From an uncultured bacterium (GTDB lineage: Bacteria; Patescibacteriota; JAHJAL01), in the NCBI GenBank assembly GCA_938004065.1, contig CALKWM010000009.1:3330-67329 (forward strand): a DNA stretch of 64,000 nucleotides, written 5' to 3'. The notes under the pieces were generated by a model. That model was not told the origin of the DNA, ran no database searches, and worked only from the letters and a program-made list of their open reading frames with translations. Position 1 is the first letter of the stretch. Each line of letters opens with the position of its first letter. Below are positions 7,520 to 17,401 of this stretch, in pieces. A program made the translations under genes and the position numbers.

Positions 7520-10030
7520 TTATTTAATTACAAAATTTATTATTTTGCCGTTAATATAAATTTCTTTGACAATCTTTTTGCCTTGCAAATATTTGATTAT
7601 ATTTGGGACTTGTTTGGCTAGCGATAAAATTTCTTCTTGACTCAAATCAGTGGCGACGGTCATCTCTCCCCTTCGCACACCATTGATTTGAACGGGAATT
7701 GTGATTAGGTCATTTTGAAATAATTTTTCATCATATTGCGGCCAATTCATCAGGCAAATGGATTTAGAGTGTCCCATTTGTTGCCACAATTCTTCAGCAA
7801 TGTGCGGACAAGCCGGTGATAACAATAAAAGCAGAGCCTCCAAAGTTTGTCGCCAAGCAATTGGATCTTTGGCGATAGGTAGTTCTTTTTGAAAAGCAAT
7901 AAGGTCGTTGGTAAAAATCATCAGGTGCGAAATAACCGTATTGAACGACATTTTTTCATACTCACCACTGATTTTTTTAATTGCTTTGTTGACCCGCACC
8001 GCCAGTTGTGTCTCGGCAATTTCGCCGGCGTCATACAACCATTGCTCGGGGGTTTCTAGGATAACATCGTTGGCGATGATGATATCCTGGGCTAAATTCC
8101 ATACTTTGTATAGCCAGCGATTTACACCTTTGATGCCATTGGTATCCCAAATAGCGGTATCCGGATAAGGAGCGATAAACATTTCATAGGCCCGTAGAGT
8201 GTCAGCACCGTACTGTTTGATGATGTCATCAGGATTGATAACATTTCCTCTGGATTTAGACATTTTGATGCCACCCTCACCCAATATGTAACCATGGGAA
8301 ATCCTCTTTTTGAACGGTTCATTGGTAGGGACCAAACCTTGATCAAAGAGAAATTTGTGCCAGAAACGCGAATATAATAAGTGTAATGTAGTGTGTTCCA
8401 TTCCCCCGTTGTAGAGATCAACCGGTGTCCAGTATTGCAGATTTTTTTTGGAAGCAAATTCAGTATCATTGTGCGGGTCGGTAAATCGTAGCCAATACCA
8501 ACTGGAACCGGCCCATTGAGGCATGGTGTTGGTTTCCCGTTTGGCCGCGCCACCGCATTGCGGGCAGGTGGTATTAACCCAGTCGGCGATGTTAGCGAGC
8601 GGTGATTCACCGGTGGCGGTCGGACTATAATTTGGTACTTCGGGAAGTTCGAGTGGAAGCTGGTCTTCGGGTAATGGAACCTCACCGCACTTTTCACAAT
8701 AAACGATCGGAATTGGTTCACCCCAATATCGCTGGCGGGAAAAAACCCAGTCATTGAGTTGATAGTTGATAGTTTTTTCTCCCATTTTATTTTGCGCCAG
8801 TTTGGCAGTAATTTTTTCGATTGCTTCCGTGCAGGATAAATTATCGAACTCGCCGGAATTGATTAAAAACCCATTAGCTATATCGGTAAATGCTTCTTTG
8901 GATAAATCTAACTCTTTTTCTCGGCTATCGATGACCTGAGTTATGGGCAGATCAAATTTGCGGGCAAATTCAAAGTCACGCTGGTCGTGAGCCGGAACGG
9001 CCATGATGGCGCCCGTACCATAATCGGACAAAACATAATCAGCCACCCAGATCGGAATTTCCTGATTGTTGATTGGATTGATAGCATAGGCACCGGTAAA
9101 GACACCGGTTTTGTCTTTGTTTTCCTTTCTTTCGATATTGCTTTTGTTTAGTGCTTTTTGTATGTATTCTTGAACTTGTACTTTTTGTTCTTGGCTAACG
9201 ATTTTTTGGATTGACTCATGTTCCGGGGCCAATGCCAAAAATGTGGCACCAAACAATGTGTCCGGTCTAGTGGTAAATACCGAGATTGGATGAGATTTGT
9301 CCGCCGAGTCGGCGGATGTAACTTGAAACTTAACAGAGGATCCCTCACTGCGTCCGATCCAATTGATCTGCATCGCTTTGACTTTTTCCGGATAATCGGC
9401 ATCATGCAAATCATCAATCAAACGATCGGCATAGGCAGTGATGCGCAACATCCATTGTTCCATTTCTTTTTTGGTAGTGACGGCACCGCAACGGTCGCAT
9501 TTACCATCCACCACTTCCTCATTGGCCAATCCCACCATACACGAAGGACACCAATTGATTAAACTTTTTTGACGGTAAGCCAATCCATTTTTATATAATT
9601 GTAAAAATATCCATTGTGTCCAACGGAAGTATTTGGGATCAGTTGTGTCAATTTCTCTATCCCAATCAATGCTTAGCCCCAGACTTTTGACCTGCCGGCG
9701 ATAATTTTTGATATTTTCAGCGGTTTTTTGAGCGGGGTGAGTACCGGTTTTGATAGCATAGTTTTCAGCCGGCAAACCAAAAGCGTCCCAGCCGGTCGGA
9801 AATATCACATTTTTTCCCTGCATACGTTTGATACGGGCGATAGCATCCATAGCCGAGTCGGCGCGACAGTGGCCGACATGAAGTCCTTCGCCTGACGGAT
9901 AAGGGAATTCAAATAAAATGAAATATTTTTCTCTATTTTTATCATTGTCCAAGGCAGTAAAGATTTTCTCTTGCTCCCAAACAGATTGCCATTTGGGCTC
10001 GATTTGCAAGTGATTATATTCTTTTTTCAT
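7520..10030 (-). CDS. leuS: Leucine--tRNA ligase
   Basis: FPYPSGEGLHVGH (HIGH), FTTRPDT editing domain, SRQRYWGEPIP, KMSKS. Confidence 0.98.
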   Translation of the reverse strand: MKKEYNHLQIEPKWQSVWEQEKIFTALDNDKNREKYFILFEFPYPSGEGLHVGHCRADSAMDAIARIKRMQGKNVIFPTGWDAFGLPAENYAIKTGTHPAQKTAENIKNYRRQVKSLGLSIDWDREIDTTDPKYFRWTQWIFLQLYKNGLAYRQKSLINWCPSCMVGLANEEVVDGKCDRCGAVTTKKEMEQWMLRITAYADRLIDDLHDADYPEKVKAMQINWIGRSEGSSVKFQVTSADSADKSHPISVFTTRPDTLFGATFLALAPEHESIQKIVSQEQKVQVQEYIQKALNKSNIERKENKDKTGVFTGAYAINPINNQEIPIWVADYVLSDYGTGAIMAVPAHDQRDFEFARKFDLPITQVIDSREKELDLSKEAFTDIANGFLINSGEFDNLSCTEAIEKITAKLAQNKMGEKTINYQLNDWVFSRQRYWGEPIPIVYCEKCGEVPLPEDQLPLELPEVPNYSPTATGESPLANIADWVNTTCPQCGGAAKRETNTMPQWAGSSWYWLRFTDPHNDTEFASKKNLQYWTPVDLYNGGMEHTTLHLLYSRFWHKFLFDQGLVPTNEPFKKRISHGYILGEGGIKMSKSRGNVINPDDIIKQYGADTLRAYEMFIAPYPDTAIWDTNGIKGVNRWLYKVWNLAQDIIIANDVILETPEQWLYDAGEIAETQLAVRVNKAIKKISGEYEKMSFNTVISHLMIFTNDLIAFQKELPIAKDPIAWRQTLEALLLLLSPACPHIAEELWQQMGHSKSICLMNWPQYDEKLFQNDLITIPVQINGVRRGEMTVATDLSQEEILSLAKQVPNIIKYLQGKKIVKEIYINGKIINFVIK
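9300..9316. repeat. CCGCC..GGCGG hairpin within leuS
   Basis: Perfect inverted repeat TCCGCCGA-G-TCGGCGGA encoding part of TSADSADK. Confidence 0.6.
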
Positions 10031-10188
10031 GATGTTTTACTATATAAAGGGTAGAAATAATTGCTGTATGTTTTAATTTTACAACAGATTAGATACGAAT
10101 ACATATTTTTGATTGCAGATAAATCATATATGTATTATAGTGGAGGAGATTTTGAAAATTTAAAAATATAGGGGGGGGAATACAAATA

Positions 10189-10452
10189 ATGAATAATGAG
10201 TGGATTGGTGACGATCGAGATGAGCGTTTAGAGGAACTAATAATTGATGATAATTTTTTTGAGGAAATGGATCGCCTGATGCAGATCAATGAGCAGTACT
10301 TTGTTACAAAAAACAAACCTAGCAAAGTTGAAATGTATCAGGGGATGGAAAAATGGTTCAAAAAGCTCAAGTACGAGCTGATAGTTGAGCCGAAAGCATT
10401 GATTTTCATTGCCAATAGTCTGCCCCGTTTTAACTTGGGTAAAGGGCGATGA
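10189..10452 (+). CDS. Hypothetical protein
   Basis: 87 aa ORF with G-rich SD-like upstream sequence and a downstream hairpin (about 10476-10510). Confidence 0.6.
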   Translation: MNNEWIGDDRDERLEELIIDDNFFEEMDRLMQINEQYFVTKNKPSKVEMYQGMEKWFKKLKYELIVEPKALIFIANSLPRFNLGKGR

Positions 10453-10563
10453 ATATTAAAAAATTTAAAAGTTTAATACACATTTTCGTAAATATCGGGA
10501 ATGTGTATTTTTTATGGTTTAAATCCTTGATTTTTTTGATATATCTTGTTATAATAGTGGGAT

Positions 10564-11979
10564 ATGTTTAAACTATTTATCAAACAAATCATCGAGGGAA
10601 AAACAACAAATCATCCGGTCAAACCGGCAGAAATTATCGATGCCAGATGGTATGACCGATTTGAAAAACTGGGATCTTTTCAAGCATATAAATTTTTTGA
10701 GGGTAACAAGAAATTCCGTGACCAGCAAAGGAAATCTTTCTTAAATATGGATACGAGAAATCCAGTATTTGATTATCCTTTGATCAATCAGGTAGAAATA
10801 CAGATACACAGCCAAGAAGTGATAAAGTTGAATAGAGATATCTCAAATAAAGAGAAAAATCCGATTGTACTGCACACTTATTTGCCCAAGATCGAGGAAA
10901 AACTGGCAGAATTGAATTTGATGAAACTGGCATATAAATTATCTCAAGAACAAAAAAGTGTAAATTCGGAAAAATTGGGGAAGGAATTTCAGATCATTTC
11001 AGAAAAATTGTATGGGAAACCGACAGAAAAATTGTTTGCCCATAGTGTCGCCAAAACCAGAGCAAAAATCAGGTTATTTATCGGTAAAAACGCTCCCACC
11101 GATGCGGCGGCCATGGATTTGCTGGCAGTATTGCCGGAAATCGAAGAAGAGACGTTTTTCAGCGCATTGGAGAAAAATCAATTGGAAAAATATCTGGCCA
11201 GATATTTCCTGATTGATGATGCATTGGAGATGATCAATTTATCTGAGATTGGCGGTATGCTTGGAGCTTCTGAAATAAAAAAGTATTTTGAGAAATTGCT
11301 CTTGAGTATGGGAATCACTGACTGGAAGGTAAAACTAGCAAAAAATTTAATGTCAATTTCTATCGATCATCAAAACAAACAGATAATTATCCCCCGCTGG
11401 CGAAAAATGAATCGTGATAAATTGAGGATGTTGATGGTGCATGAGATAGGGGTTCATGTTCGACGGCGATCAAATGGCGAAAACAGCCCCCTGAAACTTT
11501 TGGGGCTGGGTTTGCAAGGATATGAAACCGGTGAGGAAGGGTTGGCCGGCATTTGTGAAGATATTTTAAAAGAATCATATGATATAACTTTTGGCAGTTT
11601 GGTAGGATATTTGTCAGTGGGGATGGTTTACGGATTGGATGGGGTAAAGCGGGATTTTCGAGATTTATTTGATATATTGCATAAATTTTATCGTTTTAAA
11701 ATTGTCAAAAACTGTGAAAATACCGAGAAGATGGATTTGAACAAAGTGGACCGGAAGGCAAAAAAATTGGCATGGTTTAGAGCTTGCCGGATATTTCGCG
11801 GTAGCGGTGGGGCGATAAAAGGGGTTTGTTTTACCAAGGATATAATCTATTTGAAAGGTCGAATGTGTGTGTGGGACCAAATTCGTAACGAGAGCAAGGA
11901 ACTGTCGAGATTGTTTTGCGGTAAGTACGACCCTTGCAATCCGGAACATGTGCGGATTTTGGATGAGTTGGGGATGTAG
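10564..11979 (+). CDS. DUF1704 / MATCAP-like tyrosine-phenylalanine carboxypeptidase (gluzincin)
   Basis: HEIGVH (HExxxH), EEGLA, KDIIYLKG and GKY motifs. Confidence 0.85.
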   Translation: MFKLFIKQIIEGKTTNHPVKPAEIIDARWYDRFEKLGSFQAYKFFEGNKKFRDQQRKSFLNMDTRNPVFDYPLINQVEIQIHSQEVIKLNRDISNKEKNPIVLHTYLPKIEEKLAELNLMKLAYKLSQEQKSVNSEKLGKEFQIISEKLYGKPTEKLFAHSVAKTRAKIRLFIGKNAPTDAAAMDLLAVLPEIEEETFFSALEKNQLEKYLARYFLIDDALEMINLSEIGGMLGASEIKKYFEKLLLSMGITDWKVKLAKNLMSISIDHQNKQIIIPRWRKMNRDKLRMLMVHEIGVHVRRRSNGENSPLKLLGLGLQGYETGEEGLAGICEDILKESYDITFGSLVGYLSVGMVYGLDGVKRDFRDLFDILHKFYRFKIVKNCENTEKMDLNKVDRKAKKLAWFRACRIFRGSGGAIKGVCFTKDIIYLKGRMCVWDQIRNESKELSRLFCGKYDPCNPEHVRILDELGM

Positions 11980-12032
11980 ATAATTTTTAGATAATAATGC
12001 CCATAGATATTGTGCCTAAAAGAGGTGCTTTT

Positions 12033-12743
12033 TTAATATCCTTCCAGGACTTCCTCAACGCTTTCCACAAATTTCAATGGTTGCGGACAAATGTTTTCTG
12101 ACAAAACCATATCGTCAAATAACAAATATTTGCCACTGAAAAAAACTTCTTCTCTGGTCGCCCAGAAATTTTCCTGATCCAAAGTTCGCTCAATCAATGT
12201 TCCCTGCGGGTTTAGAGTATGGAAAATATAGAAAATCACATCTTGAACAAAAACTCCCGATTTACGAAAACGTAATTTGTGATAAATTTCTTCCAGTATC
12301 AAATTTTGTGCGGACAATCCTGTTTCTTCGTACAATTCTCGCCTGGCTGCATCCTCGATTGTTTCTCCAAATCTTACTTTTCCGCCAAGTTTACCGACAT
12401 AGTTCAGATAAGGTTGTTTGAGTCGCCGATACAACAAGTGCTCGATCTGTCCGTCCGGGTTTTGGCGGATAGCGTGAATGAGGACGGAGGTTTTGGGTTG
12501 CCGTTCAACCAGATCAACGTTATCATCCAACAGGTTGACGTAATCTTTGCCTTTGTCGGTCAATGAATACTGACCGTTTTTTGACACCAGATTGAGAGCG
12601 AGGAGTTTTTTCAAGTGATAATTCATGTGTTCACTGGCTAGTCCCTCTACCAATAGATCATTAAAACGGAGGGATTTGGAGTGGGAAAATTTTTTAAGGA
12701 TTTGTTTTTGAATCGAGTGGAGTTTAGGGTTGTTTGGGTCCAT
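12033..12743 (-). CDS. Winged-helix plus NUDIX domain protein
   Basis: N-terminal 'LRFNDL...HMNYHLKKL...YSLTDKG' wHTH; Nudix box GGKVRFGETIEDAARRELYEETG. Confidence 0.85.
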   Translation of the reverse strand: MDPNNPKLHSIQKQILKKFSHSKSLRFNDLLVEGLASEHMNYHLKKLLALNLVSKNGQYSLTDKGKDYVNLLDDNVDLVERQPKTSVLIHAIRQNPDGQIEHLLYRRLKQPYLNYVGKLGGKVRFGETIEDAARRELYEETGLSAQNLILEEIYHKLRFRKSGVFVQDVIFYIFHTLNPQGTLIERTLDQENFWATREEVFFSGKYLLFDDMVLSENICPQPLKFVESVEEVLEGY

Positions 12744-12930
12744 AGTTTGTTTTTTAAAAAAAATCATGATAAATACTTTCAATTTGATTGTAATGGAGTA
12801 AGTAAATGAGAAACAACTGAAATATTTTTTAGTTTAGAAACGTTTGCATGCTTACCTATTGACTTATGGCGATTTTTATACTATATTTCTGCTAAAGTTC
12901 TTTAAAAAAAATATTTGAGGAGGGAAAATC

Positions 12931-13284
12931 ATGACAAAAAATCAATTGGATTTTTTTGAAGAGAGATTCATCATAAATCTCGATTCGATTTGTATCTTTA
13001 GAAAAGCCCAAAGTCGTGTAAACCGGACGACTTTGGCCTATGAAATACTGGAGAAAAAAATCCAGGATTTCTATGGCGATCTGGGAACGTTTTTAAGAAT
13101 AATTTCTCAATCTGAAATTGAGAAATTTTACAGAAATTATCTTTCCAGGTTTACCAGATCCCATCAAGAACTGGAAGAAGTCTCGATCAGGGAACTGAGA
13201 GACTTTGAAATAGCTTTAAATATTTTAAAGCTAAATAAATTGCAGAAAAGTGCGGAGAAAAGGAAAATAATGTCCGCAGTATAA
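12931..13284 (+). CDS. Hypothetical protein
   Basis: 117 aa, GGAGG SD, followed by a hairpin. Confidence 0.65.
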   Translation: MTKNQLDFFEERFIINLDSICIFRKAQSRVNRTTLAYEILEKKIQDFYGDLGTFLRIISQSEIEKFYRNYLSRFTRSHQELEEVSIRELRDFEIALNILKLNKLQKSAEKRKIMSAV

Positions 13285-13293
13285 AAAAATTTT

Positions 13294-13381
13294 ACCCCCA
13301 AAGTAAAAACACTTGGGGGTTAATTTAAAGTATTTGAAAATTTGCAAGCATAAACCGCAGGTTAATATATTCCTGCGGTTT
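13294..13381. terminator. Two hairpin terminators between convergent genes
   Basis: ACCCCCAA/TTGGGGGT (13294-13320) and AAACCGCAGG/CCTGCGGTTT (13352-13381). Confidence 0.65.
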
Positions 13382-13389
13382 TAATTTTT

Positions 13390-14073
13390 TTAAGCGAAAC
13401 ACAATTCAAGTTGAATCACTTTTCGCCATTTGACCAGATTTTTAAAACTTTCCAGATCGCTTTTGATGATCATGATTTCGTCCAATGAAATAAAGCTTCC
13501 TTGGAGAATTTTTTGGATTATTTCCAAATTCAATTCTTTAGTATCAGACGAATTATGATATTTTTTTGATAATTTCTCCACTTCCCGTTGGAGCAAGTCC
13601 CGGGAGTTATGAATCAGATCAAATAAACCCCAGAAAAAAGCAAATGCCGGCATAAAAAGCGCGTCATTGGCAAAATAATGGTTCAGATAATCAAATTTTA
13701 TTTTTTGATATATCATTTGGATCGATTCGTCATTTTGTAAAAGAAATTTTATGCTTTCTTCGGTTAAATCAATCTCGTGATCGCATGATGATTGCGCCCG
13801 AAAATAGTTTGTTAGATTTGCCTGTAATGTGCGGGTATGTATACGATGCAGGAGATCGAAAGCTAAGCATACTATTTCCAGATGTCTGGTGGATATATCG
13901 AAATTCATAATTTGAAATAAAATTTCGAAATCTTGAATTTTGGCTTGATCTTCTGGCTCAAACAAACTCAGATATTTCTGTTTCTTCTCCGATGGTTGTT
14001 CGATGAATGAAACCAGAAAATCCATTTTATAACTGATATCGTCAAAATAGCGATATTTTGTAAATTCTCTCAT
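13390..14073 (-). CDS. Hypothetical helical protein
   Basis: 227 aa ORF with AAGGAGG SD upstream; no recognised motif. Confidence 0.65.
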   Translation of the reverse strand: MREFTKYRYFDDISYKMDFLVSFIEQPSEKKQKYLSLFEPEDQAKIQDFEILFQIMNFDISTRHLEIVCLAFDLLHRIHTRTLQANLTNYFRAQSSCDHEIDLTEESIKFLLQNDESIQMIYQKIKFDYLNHYFANDALFMPAFAFFWGLFDLIHNSRDLLQREVEKLSKKYHNSSDTKELNLEIIQKILQGSFISLDEIMIIKSDLESFKNLVKWRKVIQLELCFA

Positions 14074-14323
14074 TTGGTAAAGTACCCTCCTTTGATGGTT
14101 TTTTGGTCGCTTTTATTATTTTATAACAAAATAAATTATAAAAAAACAGGCAATTACAGCAAAATTTATACTTTTTTTTATCGGAAAAAATTAGCCAAAA
14201 AGAAATACGGGGAACTTGACCCCGAATGGTCTTTTTTCAAATATGCTGATTGATTTGTATCGATATATGAATTCTTATATCATATATGAAGATAGTATTT
14301 ATTATCATTTTTGTTATACAACC

Positions 14324-17227
14324 ATGACCTTCAAAAAATTGGAAAATAAAAAATTGCCCCAGATGGAGATGGAAGTGCTGGATTTCTGGAGAGATGATAA
14401 GACTTTTCAAAAAAGTTTGAACAATCGGCAAGATGCAGAGTTATTCAGCTTCTATGATGGACCGCCATTTGCCACGGGAGAGCCGCATTACGGACATATC
14501 CTGGGGTCGGTAACCAAAGACATCGTCGGCCGATACCAAACCATGAAGGGTAAATTGGTAAATCGTCGTTGGGGATGGGATTGCCATGGGTTGCCGATAG
14601 AAAATATTGCCGAAAAAGAGTTGGGAATCAATGGCAAAGACGAGATAGAAAAAATGGGGGTGAAAAAATTTAACGATTTTTGTCGCAGTAAAGTTTTGGA
14701 TTATGTTGATATCTGGGGAAAAACCGTGGAACGGATGGGGCGCTGGGTGGATTTTGAAAATTCCTACAAGACAATGGACGTAACTTACATCGAGTCAGTT
14801 TGGTGGGCTTTCAAGCAGATATATGATAAAGGATTGATCTACGAGGGTGAGAAAGTTTTGATGTACTGCCCTCGCTGTGAAACACCGATGGCCAAAGCCG
14901 AGATTGCCATGGACAATTCCTACAAAACAGTCAAGGATGACACTATCACGGTAAAATTTAAACTAGTCGATGAAGATGTTTTCGCATTGGCCTGGACGAC
15001 AACTCCATGGACTTTGCCGTCCAACCTGGCACTGACGGTTAATCCGCAGATGGATTATGTTTATTTAAAGGACAAATCGGATCAGACGGTGTATCTGATG
15101 GGACAGGCGGTGGTGGGCAAGTATTTCCGAGACGAAAGTGAATATGATATCCAAAAGACGGTCAAGGGAAGTGAATTAGTAGGAAAAAAATACGAGCCGA
15201 TTTTTTCTTATTTCAAAGATTTGCCAAATTCATTTCGAATCATTGCCGGAGATTTTGTAACGGCGGAAGAAGGAACCGGCATTGTCCATACCGCGCCGGC
15301 TTTTGGTGAAGTTGATTATGATGTTTGCAAAGCAAATAATGTCGATTTTGTGTCGCCGGTGGATAAAACCGGTAAATTCACAGCGGAGATTTCGGACATG
15401 GAGGGCAAATTTGTCTTTGATACCAATGGAGAGATTATCGAAAAGTTAATGTCAGAGGGAAAGATTGTCAAAATTGAAAAATACGAACACGAGTATCCAC
15501 ATTGCTATCGATGTTCCACTCCCCTTTTATATCGCGCGATTCCCGCCTGGTTTGTTGATATTCAAAAGGTTAAACCAAAACTGATTGAATTGAATGAAAA
15601 AATAAATTGGATTCCGGCGCATTTAAAACACGGCAGATTTCTACACATCGTCCAAGAAGCGCCCGACTGGAATATTTCCCGTAACCGATACTGGGCTTCG
15701 GCGATGCCGGTCTGGAAATGCGACGATTGCGAAAAGATAAAGGTGGTCGGCAGTATCGAGGAGTTAAAGCAAGAAGCGGTTGACCTGCCAGATGATGTTG
15801 ACGTGGATTTGCACAAAGATTTCCTGGATCCGATTCATTTGCGGTGCGAATGTGGCGGACAGATGACGAGAATCCCGGAAGTTTTGGATTGCTGGTTTGA
15901 ATCCGGTGCGATGATGTATGCCCAATTTCACTACCCTTTTGAAAACAAAGAAATATTCGAAAAATCGGCGCCGGCGGATTTTGTAGCCGAATATATCGCT
16001 CAGACCAGAACCTGGTTTTATTATTGTTTAGTTAGTTCGGCGATTTTGTTTGAAGATGTGCCATACAAAAACATCGTAACTACCGGAACGATTATGGCCG
16101 AAGACGGTAACAAGATGTCCAAGAGTTTGAAAAATTTCCCCGATCCCTGGAAATTGTTTGATAAATTTGGAGTGGATAGCTTGCGGTTTTATCTGATGCA
16201 AGGCCCACTGATGAGTAATGCCGAGTCAATCAATTTTTCCGAGAAACAAGTGGAGGAAGTATTTCGGAACGTGATGATGCGATTGTGGAATTCTTTTACA
16301 TTTTTCAACACCTACGCCGTTATCGACAAATGGGAGCCACATGAAAATCATTCTAAGTCAGACAATATTTTGGATTTGTGGATATTGTCGGAGTTAAACA
16401 TTTTGATTCAAAAAGTAAATGAAGAATTCGACCGTTATGAATTTAAAACTGTAAATCATTTCAATCAATTTATCGACAACTTGTCCAATTGGTACATCCG
16501 CCGTTCCCGCCGTCGTTTCTGGAAAAGTGAGAGTGACAGCGATAAACAAAGTGCTTATCAGACTTTATACACTTGTTTGCTGGAATTAACCAAATTAATG
16601 GCACCGTTTGCGCCGTTCATGTCCGAAACAATATATCGCAATTTAACGGGTGAAAAAGATTCCGTTCATTTGCAGGATTATCCAAAATGCAACGAGTCAG
16701 CTATCAATGAAGAGATTAGCGTCAAAATGAATTTTGTACGGCAAGCAGTGGAAGTTGGTTTGTCCGCCCGAGCCAAAGCAGGCATCAAAGTGCGTCAGCC
16801 TTTAAGCAAATTGACCTTGAAATCAAAGATTGAATCATTGGAAGCGGAACTGGTGGAATTAATTAAAGACGAGGTGAATGTCAAAGAGGTGGAATTCGTA
16901 GGGACAAGTCAAGACATGTCCATACCAACCGCCGAATTGGAAACGACCATTACCGACGAATTAAAAATCGAAGGATTATCTCGTGATATTGTCAGACAGA
17001 TTCAGCAGGCGCGTAAAGAGGCCGGGTTCAATATCGATGATCACATAATTATCGGATATGAAGCAACGGATGATATGCTGGAAAAATCGTTGGTCGGACA
17101 CAAAGAATATATTTTGAATGAAGTATTGGCTGATAGTATGACCCAGGGTGATTTGGCAGATGCGGAATTTCACAAAGAAGCATCCATTGAAAAGATGAAT
17201 TTGAAATTGCATTTGAAACGGGTTTGA
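14324..17227 (+). CDS. ileS: Isoleucine--tRNA ligase (type 2)
   Basis: DGPPFATGEPHYGH, WDCHGLP, WTTTPWT, SRNRYW, KMSKS; IleRS2-type C-terminus without the Zn finger. ATG 14324 preferred. Confidence 0.97.
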   Translation: MTFKKLENKKLPQMEMEVLDFWRDDKTFQKSLNNRQDAELFSFYDGPPFATGEPHYGHILGSVTKDIVGRYQTMKGKLVNRRWGWDCHGLPIENIAEKELGINGKDEIEKMGVKKFNDFCRSKVLDYVDIWGKTVERMGRWVDFENSYKTMDVTYIESVWWAFKQIYDKGLIYEGEKVLMYCPRCETPMAKAEIAMDNSYKTVKDDTITVKFKLVDEDVFALAWTTTPWTLPSNLALTVNPQMDYVYLKDKSDQTVYLMGQAVVGKYFRDESEYDIQKTVKGSELVGKKYEPIFSYFKDLPNSFRIIAGDFVTAEEGTGIVHTAPAFGEVDYDVCKANNVDFVSPVDKTGKFTAEISDMEGKFVFDTNGEIIEKLMSEGKIVKIEKYEHEYPHCYRCSTPLLYRAIPAWFVDIQKVKPKLIELNEKINWIPAHLKHGRFLHIVQEAPDWNISRNRYWASAMPVWKCDDCEKIKVVGSIEELKQEAVDLPDDVDVDLHKDFLDPIHLRCECGGQMTRIPEVLDCWFESGAMMYAQFHYPFENKEIFEKSAPADFVAEYIAQTRTWFYYCLVSSAILFEDVPYKNIVTTGTIMAEDGNKMSKSLKNFPDPWKLFDKFGVDSLRFYLMQGPLMSNAESINFSEKQVEEVFRNVMMRLWNSFTFFNTYAVIDKWEPHENHSKSDNILDLWILSELNILIQKVNEEFDRYEFKTVNHFNQFIDNLSNWYIRRSRRRFWKSESDSDKQSAYQTLYTCLLELTKLMAPFAPFMSETIYRNLTGEKDSVHLQDYPKCNESAINEEISVKMNFVRQAVEVGLSARAKAGIKVRQPLSKLTLKSKIESLEAELVELIKDEVNVKEVEFVGTSQDMSIPTAELETTITDELKIEGLSRDIVRQIQQARKEAGFNIDDHIIIGYEATDDMLEKSLVGHKEYILNEVLADSMTQGDLADAEFHKEASIEKMNLKLHLKRV
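16898..16925. repeat. REP-like palindrome within ileS
   Basis: GTAGGGACA-AGTC-AA-GACA-TGTCCATAC; resembles the intergenic REP at 59319-59342 read on the minus strand (GTAGGGACATGCC..). Confidence 0.6.
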
Positions 17228-17236
17228 GTTTTTTTA

Positions 17237-17308
17237 GGGCGACCGCCCACCCAAGGCGGGCAGGCAAGGGTCGCCCGTACATGTAGGGGCGGACCCGTGT
17301 GTCCGCCT
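17237..17308. repeat. REP pair after ileS, first copy carrying a nested insert
   Basis: GGGCGACCGC[CCACCCAAGGCGGGCAGGC]AAGGGTCGCCCGTAC, then GTAGGGGCGGAC..GTCCGCCT. Confidence 0.85.
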
Positions 17309-17401
17309 TTCTTGCATTGGGAAATAATTTTCGTTAAGATTTAAAAGAGTGTTTTTCGATTTTTAAAAATTAATTTTAAAAAAGAAAGGAGAAATAATGA
17401 A

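Noticed and set aside
14074-14323. T-box riboswitch upstream of ileS (also checked for leuS)
   Set aside because: No GGTGGNACCGCG T-box sequence; only a short CGGGG/CCCCG hairpin.
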